A DNA stretch of 32,000 nt. It comes from Clostridium oceanicum (GTDB lineage: Bacteria > Bacillota > Clostridia > Clostridiales > Clostridiaceae). Numbering within the stretch: the stretch's first letter is position 1; each line of letters starts with the position of its first letter. The notes under the pieces were generated by a model. It had not been told where the DNA came from. It made no database searches and saw only the letters and a program-made list of their open reading frames with translations. Positions 1 through 9,062 of the stretch are shown here, one piece after another. Position numbers and translations under genes: made by a program. The stretch is from positions 703,438 through 735,437 of the forward strand of contig NZ_BAAACG010000008.1 in NCBI RefSeq assembly GCF_039521385.1, read 5' to 3'.

Positions 1-398
1 ATAGTATCAGCTTTTATTCTCTCAAAGGTATCTTTAGTTATCAAACATACCTCTTCTCCTTTTTCTTTTAAACCCTTACAAACTTGTATAATCCTATTAT
101 CTGGCTTGCTTTTATCCCAACTAGGAGGTAATTTTGCATCATGATGATTCATTTCTACTCTGACTTTACCGCCACCAGGTAGTTCTACTCCTTCATTTAA
201 TTTTCCTTTTTTTCTTAATCCATCTAGTATCCTAGCTGAATACCTTGCATTTGCTCCTAAATCTCCTTTATTTTTTTTAAAAGTATCTAATTCTTCTAAA
301 ACCACTTCTGGTATAACTACATCATTATCCTCAAATGAATATATAGCTCCTGGCGAATACAAAATAACATTAGTATCTAATACATAAGTTATCTTCAA
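1..398 (-). CDS. PhoH-like ATPase with N-terminal PIN domain (YlaK-type); only the first ~132 codons are present, the rest lies beyond the window start
   Basis: My own minus-strand translation from TTG at 398..396 (GGAGG at 410..406, 7 nt upstream) gives LKITYVLDTNVILYSPGAIYSFEDNDVVIPEVVLEELDTFKKNKGDLGANARYSARILD... and stays open to position 1. The DTNV...EELD pattern is typical of PIN domains fused to PhoH ATPases. It is absent from the ORF track because it runs off the edge. Confidence 0.7.
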   Translation of the reverse strand, partial: MKITYVLDTNVILYSPGAIYSFEDNDVVIPEVVLEELDTFKKNKGDLGANARYSARILDGLRKKGKLNEGVELPGGGKVRVEMNHHDAKLPPSWDKSKPDNRIIQVCKGLKEKGEEVCLITKDTFERIKADT

Positions 399-530
399 AC
401 TGATTCCTCCTCTCCCTGTTATTATTAGTATATTCATCAAAAATAATATATTTATTAATTTTATAAAATATTAGTAAAATGATTAATTTTTAAACTAATT
501 ATTATGGGAAAAATTCATAATTTTCAAAAT

Positions 531-569
531 AAAAAAAGCACTCAATGCTTTAGCATTGAGTGCTTTTTT
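531..569 (-). terminator. Rho-independent terminator directly after the tRNA (bidirectional shape)
   Basis: Perfect 11-bp stem GCACTCAATGC (538..548) / GCATTGAGTGC (553..563) with loop TTTA, flanked by A7 (531..537) and T6 (564..569). On the minus strand the hairpin follows the tRNA CCA end and is followed by a T-run. Confidence 0.8.
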
Positions 570-643
570 GGTAGCCACTAGGGGAGTCGAACCCCTGATT
601 CCACCTTGAGAGGGTGGTGTCTTCACCGCTTGACCAAGTGGCC
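569..643 (-). tRNA. tRNA-Glu, anticodon CUC, CCA encoded
   Basis: The minus strand reads GGCCACTTGGTCAAGCGGTGAAGACACCACCCTCTCAAGGTGGAATCAGGGGTTCGACTCCCCTAGTGGCTACCA. It has a 7-bp acceptor stem (G1-U72 wobble), anticodon stem CCACC/GGTGG with loop CT-CTC-AA, and T arm AGGGG-TTCGACT-CCCCT. The D arm GGTCAAGCGGTGAAGAC is the usual Firmicute tRNA-Glu form. Confidence 0.9.
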
Positions 644-665
644 ATAAATATTAACAACAAGGGTA

Positions 666-694
666 ATTATAGTACATTTTACTATATTAGTCAA
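666..694 (-). promoter_or_regulatory. Sigma-A-type promoter for the tRNA gene
   Basis: The minus strand reads TTGACT (694..689), a 17-nt spacer, then TATAAT (671..666). The -10 ends 22 nt upstream of the mature tRNA 5' end. Confidence 0.6.
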
Positions 695-968
695 TATTAT
701 TATCAAATTTTTTTTATAATATCTATGGCACTATTTTAAATTTTATATAAAAAATTATTTTTTCTAAATTATAGATTTTATATTATAAAAATAAAACTTT
801 TATTTTTTAATAGTTTAAAATTAAAAAATTTATAAATTTACCTTAATTTATAAATAAGGCACATTTAAACAACTACATAACAAATTTATTTTATTTCCTT
901 TATTTTATACTTATAAAAAATATTATATTTCAAATAATAATAATGATAAATTAAAGGAGGTCTTTATA

Positions 969-1136
969 ATGATGATGAATCAAAATAATAATATTGGATG
1001 TACTGTTACAGAATGTAAACACCACGCTCAAAATAGTAACTATTGCACTCTAAATAAAATAGAAGTAACTAAACACACAAATCAAGCTAATTGCGCTGAA
1101 TGTACTGATTGTTCAAGTTTTGAGTGTAAATGCTAA
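969..1136 (+). CDS. Small Cys-rich DUF1540-family protein (55 aa), not in the supplied ORF track
   Basis: AAAGGAGG at 952..959 precedes ATG 969. Translation is MMMNQNNNIGCTVTECKHHAQNSNYCTLNKIEVTKHTNQANCAECTDCSSFECKC with stop TAA at 1134..1136. The C-x-V-x-x-C ... C ... I-x-V ... T-x-C-x-x-F spacing matches my memory of DUF1540. A strong terminator follows. Confidence 0.75.
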   Translation: MMMNQNNNIGCTVTECKHHAQNSNYCTLNKIEVTKHTNQANCAECTDCSSFECKC

Positions 1137-1180
1137 TATATATTATAAATAATATATATTAAAATTCAAAAATTAAAAAT

Positions 1181-1225
1181 AAAAAGAAGCTATTTTAAAA
1201 TAAAATTTTAAAATAGCTTCTTTTT
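1181..1225. terminator. Bidirectional intrinsic terminator between the convergent DUF1540 and yitT-like genes
   Basis: Perfect 15-bp stem GAAGCTATTTTAAAA (1186..1200) / TTTTAAAATAGCTTC (1206..1220) with loop TAAAA, an A-run before it and a T-run after it. Confidence 0.8.
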
Positions 1226-1229
1226 ATAT

Positions 1230-2081
1230 TTATAAAGCTGCAGCTTTAAAGCCTCCACCTTGACATTCTGTGGCATTTGATACTGATATAACAGCATTTT
1301 TATCTAAATCTTCTATTATCTTCTTAGCCTTTACTATTTGCTGAGTTGTCATAACACAATATATTATTCTTTTTTGATCTCCTGTATAAGCACCTTCCCC
1401 GTACATAATAGTTCCACCTATACCTAATTTATCAATCAAACTTTCTTTTATTCTAGAATGATTACTTGTTACTACAAATAATATTTTTTTACCTTCTACA
1501 CCTTCAATAACCTTACTCATAACTTGAGATTTCACAAACATTGAAATTATAGTATAAACTCCTATTTCAAAACTTCCTATAACAACACCAATAGTAACAA
1601 TTATACAATTTATTATAAAATCTATTGTAGATAATTTTATTCCAAATTTTCTTTTTGCCAATACTGAAAAAATATCTGTACCACCCTGTGATGCTCTATT
1701 TTTAAATATTACTCCCATACCTGCTCCACTTAAAACTCCACCGCATATACAAGATAAAAGTACATCATCCATTAAATAAAACTGAGTAATATTTTTTGTT
1801 AACAATAGGAAAGTTGACATACTTATCATTCCTATAAAACTAAACACACCAAAATCTAAATCTACACTTTTAATAGCTATTAAAAATATTGGTATATTTA
1901 TTAGTAATACAAAATATCCTGACTGAAGTCCTGTTATATATTGAAGCATTATAGCAATACCAGCTACTCCTCCACTCAACAATTTATGAGGAATAAGGAA
2001 CATGTTTACTCCTATAGCATAAGTTAAACTTCCCATTAATACTAATACTAATCTTTTTAAATTTTCTTTTTGAAAAATCAT
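1230..2081 (-). CDS. YitT-family integral membrane protein (DUF161/DUF2179 type)
   Basis: ORF track 1230..2093. Features are multiple TM segments, the motif LIPHKLLSGGVAGIAIML, and a C-terminal soluble DUF2179-like part. I place the start at ATG 2081 (MIFQKEN...) because GGAGGG lies 4 nt upstream. The track start is an upstream TTG that falls inside that RBS. Confidence 0.8.
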   Translation of the reverse strand: MIFQKENLKRLVLVLMGSLTYAIGVNMFLIPHKLLSGGVAGIAIMLQYITGLQSGYFVLLINIPIFLIAIKSVDLDFGVFSFIGMISMSTFLLLTKNITQFYLMDDVLLSCICGGVLSGAGMGVIFKNRASQGGTDIFSVLAKRKFGIKLSTIDFIINCIIVTIGVVIGSFEIGVYTIISMFVKSQVMSKVIEGVEGKKILFVVTSNHSRIKESLIDKLGIGGTIMYGEGAYTGDQKRIIYCVMTTQQIVKAKKIIEDLDKNAVISVSNATECQGGGFKAAAL

Positions 2082-2748
2082 GACGCCCTCCAAAACTTAG
2101 CAACATAAAAGTTACTTTAAATTTAAGAATACTTGTTTTACATTTGAAATACATTTAAACTTTTTTAAATTAATTTAATGGAAATTTCATTGGTTAACTA
2201 CCCACTATCAAACATTAATATTCCTCCATAGTTACAATTAAATTTATTTTAAGCAAGAAGTACTGTTAAATTCATTTTTGCAACTTTGCTTTCATTTCTT
2301 TCAATATGGAACATATTTTTTAATTATTTCATAAATTAATCTCTTTATATACTGATATAATGAATGAAATCCTTCTTTTCAATTAATATATAAGTATTAT
2401 ATGCCAGTGTCAACACTTGATAACATATCTTTTTTTTCTATATTATCAATGTAACATTATAATCAATTATAATTAACTATGTAATAATGAAATTTTTATT
2501 TCATTTATTATTTAATATAAATCCTGCAAAATTTATATAGATTTAAATTTTTATTATTTGTACAGCTATCCTAAAATTTTATTCTATAGTTTGTACATCA
2601 TAAAAAAGAAAACTAAAAATAAATAGAACTATCAATAAATATATTTGAATTAAACACAATACTATCTTTCTTTATTCTGTATTGTGCAAATATACTTTAC
2701 AGATAGTTCATTTTATATACAGCTGTATAAACAGTAAATGATACTTAA

Positions 2749-3669
2749 TCATATTACCGTTGGCTCTAATATAGTTATAGTAGCAGCATTAGTATCAATA
2801 CTAAGATTACATCCTATAGGCACACCTGCTTTATAATATCCATGGCCGCTTTGTAAATTAGTTATTGTAGGTTTTCCTAAAGGCAATACAAATTCATTTA
2901 ATAAATCATTATAAGTTTTCCCATAAGCTTCTATACATCCACTACACTGACCCATAATTATTCCTATACACTGATCAAATTTACCTGCCAATTTTAAGTG
3001 ATTCATATACCTATAGACAGTATTTATAGGTTCATGTATTTCCTCTAAAAATAGTATTTTACCTTCAGTATCTATTTCATATTCAGTACCTAAATTATCT
3101 ACAAAAGAAGCTAAATTTCCTCCAACTACAATTCCTGATACGGTTCCCATATTATTACCGTATAAAGGTATATTTTTAGGATTTTTTAAAGGCCTTGGGG
3201 CGTTAACTCCAGAAGTTAATGAAAAAAACTGATCATAGTTATATTTTGGGGTGTTCGGTCTAAAATCTATAAGTAATAAACTATGGTATGTCATTAAATT
3301 CGACAGCTTATATATGACATTTAAAAGTATAGTAATATCACTATACCCTGTTAATATTTTAGGATTTTGCCTTATTATATCGTAATCTAAGTAAGGCAAT
3401 ACACCAGCTACTCCTACCCCTCCTCTAGTGGGAATTATGGCTTTCACATCTTTATTTTCAAACATATCCATTAAATCTTCTGCTCTATCTTCATCGCTAC
3501 TAGCTAAATATCCATCATATGAATAAACATGTTTACCAACAACAACATTAAACCCCATATTTTTAAGCATTTCTATTCCAGTATCAATGGAAGTTTTATT
3601 TAAAGGACTACCTAAAGTTACTATTCCTATAGTATCTCCTGGAAGTAGTCTATTTGGTTTTATAGCCAT
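2749..3669 (-). CDS. ldcA: LD-carboxypeptidase (peptidase S66, muramoyl-tetrapeptide carboxypeptidase-like)
   Basis: ORF track 2749..3735. The family pattern is MAIKPNRLLPGDTIGIVTLGSP, TGYSDITIL (Ser nucleophile context) and a C-terminal SGHG. The start is set at ATG 3669 (AAGGAG 6 nt upstream). The 22 extra track codons come from the upstream hairpin. Confidence 0.8.
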   Translation of the reverse strand: MAIKPNRLLPGDTIGIVTLGSPLNKTSIDTGIEMLKNMGFNVVVGKHVYSYDGYLASSDEDRAEDLMDMFENKDVKAIIPTRGGVGVAGVLPYLDYDIIRQNPKILTGYSDITILLNVIYKLSNLMTYHSLLLIDFRPNTPKYNYDQFFSLTSGVNAPRPLKNPKNIPLYGNNMGTVSGIVVGGNLASFVDNLGTEYEIDTEGKILFLEEIHEPINTVYRYMNHLKLAGKFDQCIGIIMGQCSGCIEAYGKTYNDLLNEFVLPLGKPTITNLQSGHGYYKAGVPIGCNLSIDTNAATITILEPTVI

Positions 3670-3703
3670 TTGAATCTCCTTAATAAAATTACTCCTTAAT
3701 AAT

Positions 3704-3741
3704 AATAATATGTTACAAAATAAATTTTGTAACATATTATT
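3704..3741 (-). terminator. Perfect 17-bp hairpin between the Nudix and ldcA genes (possible attenuator, terminator or stability element)
   Basis: AATAATATGTTACAAAA (3704..3720), loop TAAA, TTTTGTAACATATTATT (3725..3741). On the minus strand it is followed by ATTATTATTAAGGAG, so there is no clean U-tract. Confidence 0.45.
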
Positions 3742-3746
3742 AAAGC

Positions 3747-4295
3747 TTATAGATTAAATCCAAATATATACCAAGGTCCTATCCCAATTTCTAACCCTTT
3801 TTTATTTTGTTCTAACAAAAATTCTTTAGCTTTATCTTTATTAACCAAAATAACTTCTATATCCTCTGATGGCTCTAAATTTTGTTTTGGATTTTTATTT
3901 TCATACTTTTCTTCATCTATTTCTACTTTTACAAGTCTTGTAGAATCTGTTAAAAGTGCTGGATTACTTTTTATCTCTGGACTAACATCTGTAACCTCAC
4001 CTACATATCCTGTCTCTTCTAAAAGTTCTCTTTTAGCTTCTTCCTTTATATCGGAAGCTTCTACTAATCCTGCAGGAAATCCTATAACATAGTTATCTAT
4101 AGCTGCTCTATATTGTTTTATAAATATATATCTTTGTGAAGGAACAAGTTTTGCTACTATTACAACAGTTTTAGTAGTATTTGTTCTTTCTATCATTTCC
4201 CATTTTAATTTTTCTCCATCATCATTTACATACTCTATTTCTTTTAAACTTAACCATTTAGCCTTATACAAATTTTTTTCTGAAAGTTTCTTCAT
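3747..4295 (-). CDS. NUDIX hydrolase (ADP-ribose pyrophosphatase-like)
   Basis: Nudix box GFPAGLVEASDIKEEAKRELLEETGY (G-x5-E-x7-R-E-x2-E-E-x-G). RBS GGAGGT lies upstream of ATG 4295. Confidence 0.85.
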   Translation of the reverse strand: MKKLSEKNLYKAKWLSLKEIEYVNDDGEKLKWEMIERTNTTKTVVIVAKLVPSQRYIFIKQYRAAIDNYVIGFPAGLVEASDIKEEAKRELLEETGYVGEVTDVSPEIKSNPALLTDSTRLVKVEIDEEKYENKNPKQNLEPSEDIEVILVNKDKAKEFLLEQNKKGLEIGIGPWYIFGFNL

Positions 4296-4321
4296 ATTTA
4301 ATATACCTCCACATATTTAAT

Positions 4322-7300
4322 TTAACTATATTCTATTCTTGTTTTACTTCCCCCTTCTCCTGGCATTGCAGGCTCTAATATTAATTTTACAGGCACTCTA
4401 TCTTTTAGCTCTTCTACATGACTTATAATTCCTATACTTAATTTATCTGTATGAATTTTTTCTAATGAATTCATAACAATATCTAAAAGATCGTTATCCA
4501 AACTTCCAAATCCTTCATCTAAAAAGAAAAACTCTAAAGGAGAATTACCTTTAAGTTGAATTTGAGAAGAAAGAGCTAATGCTAATGCTAAAGAAGTTAA
4601 AAATGTTTCTCCACCGGATAAAGTATTAGTAGGTCTTACTGCTCCACCACTAAAATCATCTCTTATTGTAAAATTACTACTAGAATCAAGTTCTAAAGCA
4701 TATCTTCCTCTTGTTATATCCTTAAGACGCTTTGATGCTTCAAATGCAATATACTTTAATTGACTTGTGGCTACAAACTCTACAAATTTATTTCCTTGAA
4801 CCAATTTATCTATATCCTCTAATAAACTCTTTTTATGTTCTATATTTTTCTTTTTTTCTAATAAATCTCCAAACTCTTTTAATTTAAGTTTCATATTTTT
4901 TATACTTTCTTCTTGCACTGCAACTTTCTTAACTATCTCATTAAATTCTTCCTCTGTATTTTCTTTTTCTTTTAACAATTCTTCCCACTGTTTTTTTTCA
5001 ATATGATTACCATTTAATTTTCTATTAATTATTTTTATATTAGTGTTTTCGTTGTTTAGTTTATTTTCAAAATCAGCAATATCTTTTTCAATATCTATTA
5101 TACACTCTTCTTTTAAATAAGCATTCTCTACCTCATCTATAGATGAAAATTTATTATTTTTCAAACTCTTTTTAAGTTTTTCTCTTTGAATTAAAATATT
5201 TTCCTCAAAATTTAATTTATTTTGTTTTTTTATTATTTCTTTTTCTTTTAAACATTCTTTTTCCTTTGTTTTCTTTGATAACTTTAACTTTAAATTTTCC
5301 TCATTAGATTTTATAAATTTTATTTTTTCTTTTATATCTAATAAATAACTCTCTAACTTACCTTCTATATTTTCTCCTATAAGTTTCTTTATTTCTTTTT
5401 CTTCTTTGTCTATTATATTCTTTTTTTCTTTTCCAACTTCAACAATTTTAGCTTTTGTTATTTCCAATTTATTTTTTCTATCTATAATATGTTGATTCTT
5501 CAATTTATATTTTTCTAATTGTTCTCTTATTTTTTTACATTGATTTTGAAAATTAATTATTTTCTTTTCATTAATTTTTATCTCTTTCAATTCTATTTCT
5601 GGATTTTCAATATTTTTGTCATTTTTTATTTTGTTAAAAGAATTATTTTTTTCTTTTAGCAAAACTTTATAATTATCCCTATCTTTTATTAATGAATTTA
5701 ATATTTCTTTTTCTTTAAGTAATCTTTCCGTGCAGGTTATTTCTTCTTTGTCTATTTTATTTTTTTCTTCTTTTAATTTATCTTTTCTTTCTTCCATATG
5801 AGATTTAGATTTTTCAAAATCACTTATACTCTTTTGAACTTTACTAAACTTTTTTATACTGTCATTTTTATTTTTTTCTAATAAATCTATATTATATTCT
5901 TTCAATTCTTCATTTATATTTTTTAATTTATCATTAATTATATCTTCTTCTTTTTCAAAAGAAACTAACTTTATATTTAAACTGTTTTGGTTTTCTCTTA
6001 AACTTTCTAATTCTAACTCCAATTCTTTTACAATAGATTTAATTTTTCCTAACTTTTCTATATCAATTTTAGAAGCTAAATTAACATGATTTGTTGATCC
6101 ACAAACAGGACAAGGATTATTTTCTTTTAAATTAGAAGCTAAAATAGAAGCCATGCTTTCCTTCTCTAAGTCTTCTAGGTTATTTTTTAAACTACATAAC
6201 TTCTCATTTTTATCTTTAATATCTTTAGATATATTGAGAAATTTTTCTTTTATAGGCTTCTTTTTAATTAATACTAAATTTAAATTTTTTTCATTTTTAT
6301 TTTTTTCTAAAAGAATTTTATTATAATAATTTATTTTTTCTTCTAAAGTATTTATATTTTTTTGTATATCTAATAAAATGGAACTATCTCCTGGTTTTTT
6401 ACTATTTAAATCATTTTCTTCATTACTTAATTTAAAAATATTTTTTTCTAATTTTTTTTGTTTTTCTAAAATATTATTATATTTATTTTTATTATTAGAA
6501 ATTATAGAATTTTTATCTTTTATCTTTACATTTAAAGTATTAATATTATCATTTATATCATCAATTTCTCTTTTTAAATTTAATAACTCTTGTATACTAT
6601 CTCTAAGTTCATAATCTATAGCCAAATTCCCAATTTCATTTTCTTTTTCTTTTAAATTTTTATCTAACTCTTCTATACCATCAATAAATTTTATTGAATC
6701 ATTTTCTAATTTTTCTACTTCTTTTTTTACTTTAGTATATTTAATTTTTAACTTTTCTCTTTCTTTTTTAATACCAGCTATACTTTCTTTTTTTTCTATA
6801 GCTTGTTTTGTATTATTTTCTTTTTCTATAAGAGTTGGTATTAATTCTTCTTTATCTATAAAAGCTTTATTATACTCTTTTTCAATTTCACTAACTTTTA
6901 AAACTATATCATCCATCAAACTTTGTATTTTATCTAATTCTTCTTTATTTACTTTAATATTATTTTCTGTTTTTTTAACATCATCTACATAAGGTTTAAC
7001 AATCAAAGCATTTCTAGCTTTTAAAGCTATATTTCTTTTATTATCAATATCATTTTTACTATTTTCTAGCTCTTTTAATATAGCCAAATGATTATTTAAA
7101 TCTTTTTGTAAATTCCATACATCTTTATACTTATCATATCTACATTTAATATCTTTATTTTTTATTTTTAATGCATCATACTCTTTTTTTATCTCTTCTA
7201 AATCTTCTTCTAACTCCTTTAAGCTATCTTTTGATATTCCTTCATATTGCTCTAATTTTCCAGACAATAATGTCATAGAACTTAATTCTTTGTTTTTTGC

Positions 7301-7861
7301 TTTTCTTATTTTATCTAATAATTTTTTACCAAAATCCTCTAATCCAAAAATTCTCTCAAGCATATCTCTTCTAGCTTTTCCACTAAGTTTTAAAAACTCA
7401 CTAAATTTTCCTTGAGGAAGAACTACAGAACGAGTAAAATCTTGAGAGGTAAGTCCTATAATATTTTCTATATTCTTTTGTATATCTCTTGCTTTATCTG
7501 CTACTACAGTTTCTAAGTCTCCATCTTTTTTTACTAACCTAGAAGCTTTAGTTTTATATCTTCCATTTTTATCTCTTTTTATAGTTCTATCTACTATAAA
7601 ATCTTGTCTTTTATTTTCTACTCCTATTTCAAATTCATAGCTAATATTTAAACTATCTGTAGAAATATTTATAAATTCTGAACTATCTCTAGCAATATTA
7701 CCGTATAAAGCCATTGTAATAGCATCTAATATTGTAGACTTCCCACTACCTGTAGGACCAAATATTCCAAATAGCCCTCTCTCTGTTAATCTTTCAAAGT
7801 CTATAGTTTGTTTTTCTAAAAAACTATTCAACCCCTTAATTTGTAACTTTTTAGGCTTCAT
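4322..7861 (-). CDS. sbcC: SbcC, SMC-like ATPase subunit of the SbcCD nuclease
   Basis: Walker A GPTGSGKST, a long K/E/N-rich coiled coil, a central zinc hook CPVCGS, signature LSGGETF, and Walker B FFFLDEGFGSLD. It overlaps sbcD by 11 nt. Confidence 0.92.
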   Translation of the reverse strand: MKPKKLQIKGLNSFLEKQTIDFERLTERGLFGIFGPTGSGKSTILDAITMALYGNIARDSSEFINISTDSLNISYEFEIGVENKRQDFIVDRTIKRDKNGRYKTKASRLVKKDGDLETVVADKARDIQKNIENIIGLTSQDFTRSVVLPQGKFSEFLKLSGKARRDMLERIFGLEDFGKKLLDKIRKAKNKELSSMTLLSGKLEQYEGISKDSLKELEEDLEEIKKEYDALKIKNKDIKCRYDKYKDVWNLQKDLNNHLAILKELENSKNDIDNKRNIALKARNALIVKPYVDDVKKTENNIKVNKEELDKIQSLMDDIVLKVSEIEKEYNKAFIDKEELIPTLIEKENNTKQAIEKKESIAGIKKEREKLKIKYTKVKKEVEKLENDSIKFIDGIEELDKNLKEKENEIGNLAIDYELRDSIQELLNLKREIDDINDNINTLNVKIKDKNSIISNNKNKYNNILEKQKKLEKNIFKLSNEENDLNSKKPGDSSILLDIQKNINTLEEKINYYNKILLEKNKNEKNLNLVLIKKKPIKEKFLNISKDIKDKNEKLCSLKNNLEDLEKESMASILASNLKENNPCPVCGSTNHVNLASKIDIEKLGKIKSIVKELELELESLRENQNSLNIKLVSFEKEEDIINDKLKNINEELKEYNIDLLEKNKNDSIKKFSKVQKSISDFEKSKSHMEERKDKLKEEKNKIDKEEITCTERLLKEKEILNSLIKDRDNYKVLLKEKNNSFNKIKNDKNIENPEIELKEIKINEKKIINFQNQCKKIREQLEKYKLKNQHIIDRKNKLEITKAKIVEVGKEKKNIIDKEEKEIKKLIGENIEGKLESYLLDIKEKIKFIKSNEENLKLKLSKKTKEKECLKEKEIIKKQNKLNFEENILIQREKLKKSLKNNKFSSIDEVENAYLKEECIIDIEKDIADFENKLNNENTNIKIINRKLNGNHIEKKQWEELLKEKENTEEEFNEIVKKVAVQEESIKNMKLKLKEFGDLLEKKKNIEHKKSLLEDIDKLVQGNKFVEFVATSQLKYIAFEASKRLKDITRGRYALELDSSSNFTIRDDFSGGAVRPTNTLSGGETFLTSLALALALSSQIQLKGNSPLEFFFLDEGFGSLDNDLLDIVMNSLEKIHTDKLSIGIISHVEELKDRVPVKLILEPAMPGEGGSKTRIEYS

Positions 7862-9062
7862 CTTCTTCCTCCTTTTGAGCTATACTCAAAAATAAATCAA
7901 GTAATTCTCCTGTAGGCTCTACCCCTCTCTCATTTACATAGAATTCTTCAAATAATTCTTTCATAGATTTTTCTTTTATATCTTCAAATTCCTCTTCATT
8001 ATCTTTACTTTCTATATCTGGCACAATCTCTACAATATCTTTTTTTATTTCTTTTAATTTTTTTATTTCTTCTTGAGTTATATACTTATCAGTTTTAATT
8101 TTAAGATAAACCCACATATCCCTATCTTTATTCTCTTCACATTTTTCTATTGCCTCTTCTATTCCATTACATTTCCAGATTTCTATAGGTTTATAATTAT
8201 TAAAGTAAACATCTTGTATTTTAGCTTCAGATTTAGGGGAAATATCAATTATTTTACAACCTTTACTATATCCTATTTCACTTTTGCTATAGGGTATTGG
8301 GGATCCTGTATAAAAAGCGTTATCACAATTTTTAACTTTTTGCATTTTATGTAAATGTCCTAATGCTATATATTGAGCATTAGAAGGTAGTGCTTTTGTA
8401 TCTACTGCAAGACTACCTCCAAGTTGTATTGGTCTTTCAGAATCACTCTCTTCTGATCCATTAACAAATATATGTGATACCATTAAATTTACAGTATCAT
8501 CTTTATATTTTTTAGATAACTTATTTAATATTTCACCTATTCTGTCTGAATAATTTTTTCTTCTTTTCTCATCATTTTCAATATCATCATATATAATTTC
8601 ATCTAATCTTTTCTCACTAGGATAGGGCATGGTTATTATTACTGCTTTTTCTTTTCTTATTTCTAATTCTAGATATCCTACTCCAGAATCTATAATTTTA
8701 AAATTACTAAAATTCCCTTTAGGAACAATGCTGTTTAAAGTACCTATAATTAAAATCCCATCATCATAAGCTAAAGAATTTGCTGCTACTAATCTCTGTG
8801 GATTATCATGATTTCCAGCTATTATAAGTACAACCCTTTCTCCATTTCCTGAAAGTTTTTTTATACAATTATAAAACATTTTTTCCGCTCTTGCAGGAGG
8901 ATTGCTATTATCATAAATATCTCCCGCTATTATAACTAAATCTACTTTATTTTCTTCTACTATATGTATGAAATCATCTATAAATTTTTCTTGTTCATCC
9001 ATTCTTGTAAATCCTTCTAAATTTTTACCTAAATGCCAATCAGAAGTGTGTAATATTCTCAT
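7851..9062 (-). CDS. sbcD: SbcD, Mre11-type nuclease subunit
   Basis: Calcineurin-like phosphoesterase motifs HTSDWHLG, AGDIYD, IAGNHD and GHLH. It is translationally coupled to sbcC. Confidence 0.92.
   Translation of the reverse strand: MRILHTSDWHLGKNLEGFTRMDEQEKFIDDFIHIVEENKVDLVIIAGDIYDNSNPPARAEKMFYNCIKKLSGNGERVVLIIAGNHDNPQRLVAANSLAYDDGILIIGTLNSIVPKGNFSNFKIIDSGVGYLELEIRKEKAVIITMPYPSEKRLDEIIYDDIENDEKRRKNYSDRIGEILNKLSKKYKDDTVNLMVSHIFVNGSEESDSERPIQLGGSLAVDTKALPSNAQYIALGHLHKMQKVKNCDNAFYTGSPIPYSKSEIGYSKGCKIIDISPKSEAKIQDVYFNNYKPIEIWKCNGIEEAIEKCEENKDRDMWVYLKIKTDKYITQEEIKKLKEIKKDIVEIVPDIESKDNEEEFEDIKEKSMKELFEEFYVNERGVEPTGELLDLFLSIAQKEEEDEA

Noticed and set aside
2198-2215. Treating the 5-codon mini-ORF MFDSG with an ideal GGAGG spacing as a leader peptide feature.
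   Set aside because: It is too short to evaluate from one sequence and has no obvious coupled attenuator structure. It is mentioned only within the finding on the long yitT leader.
6378-8354. Antisense ORFs 6378..6614 and 8073..8354 inside sbcC and sbcD.
   Set aside because: These are low-complexity F/L/S/I-rich translations typical of the antisense strand of K/E/N-rich AT-rich genes. They have no RBS and sit within strongly supported CDSs.
4322-9062. SbcC/SbcD-like pair as an SMC-type defence system (Lamassu- or Wadjet-like).
   Set aside because: Both proteins carry the full canonical SbcCD motif sets, including the zinc hook and the Mre11 phosphoesterase motifs. They have typical sizes and gene overlap, so this is the housekeeping nuclease.
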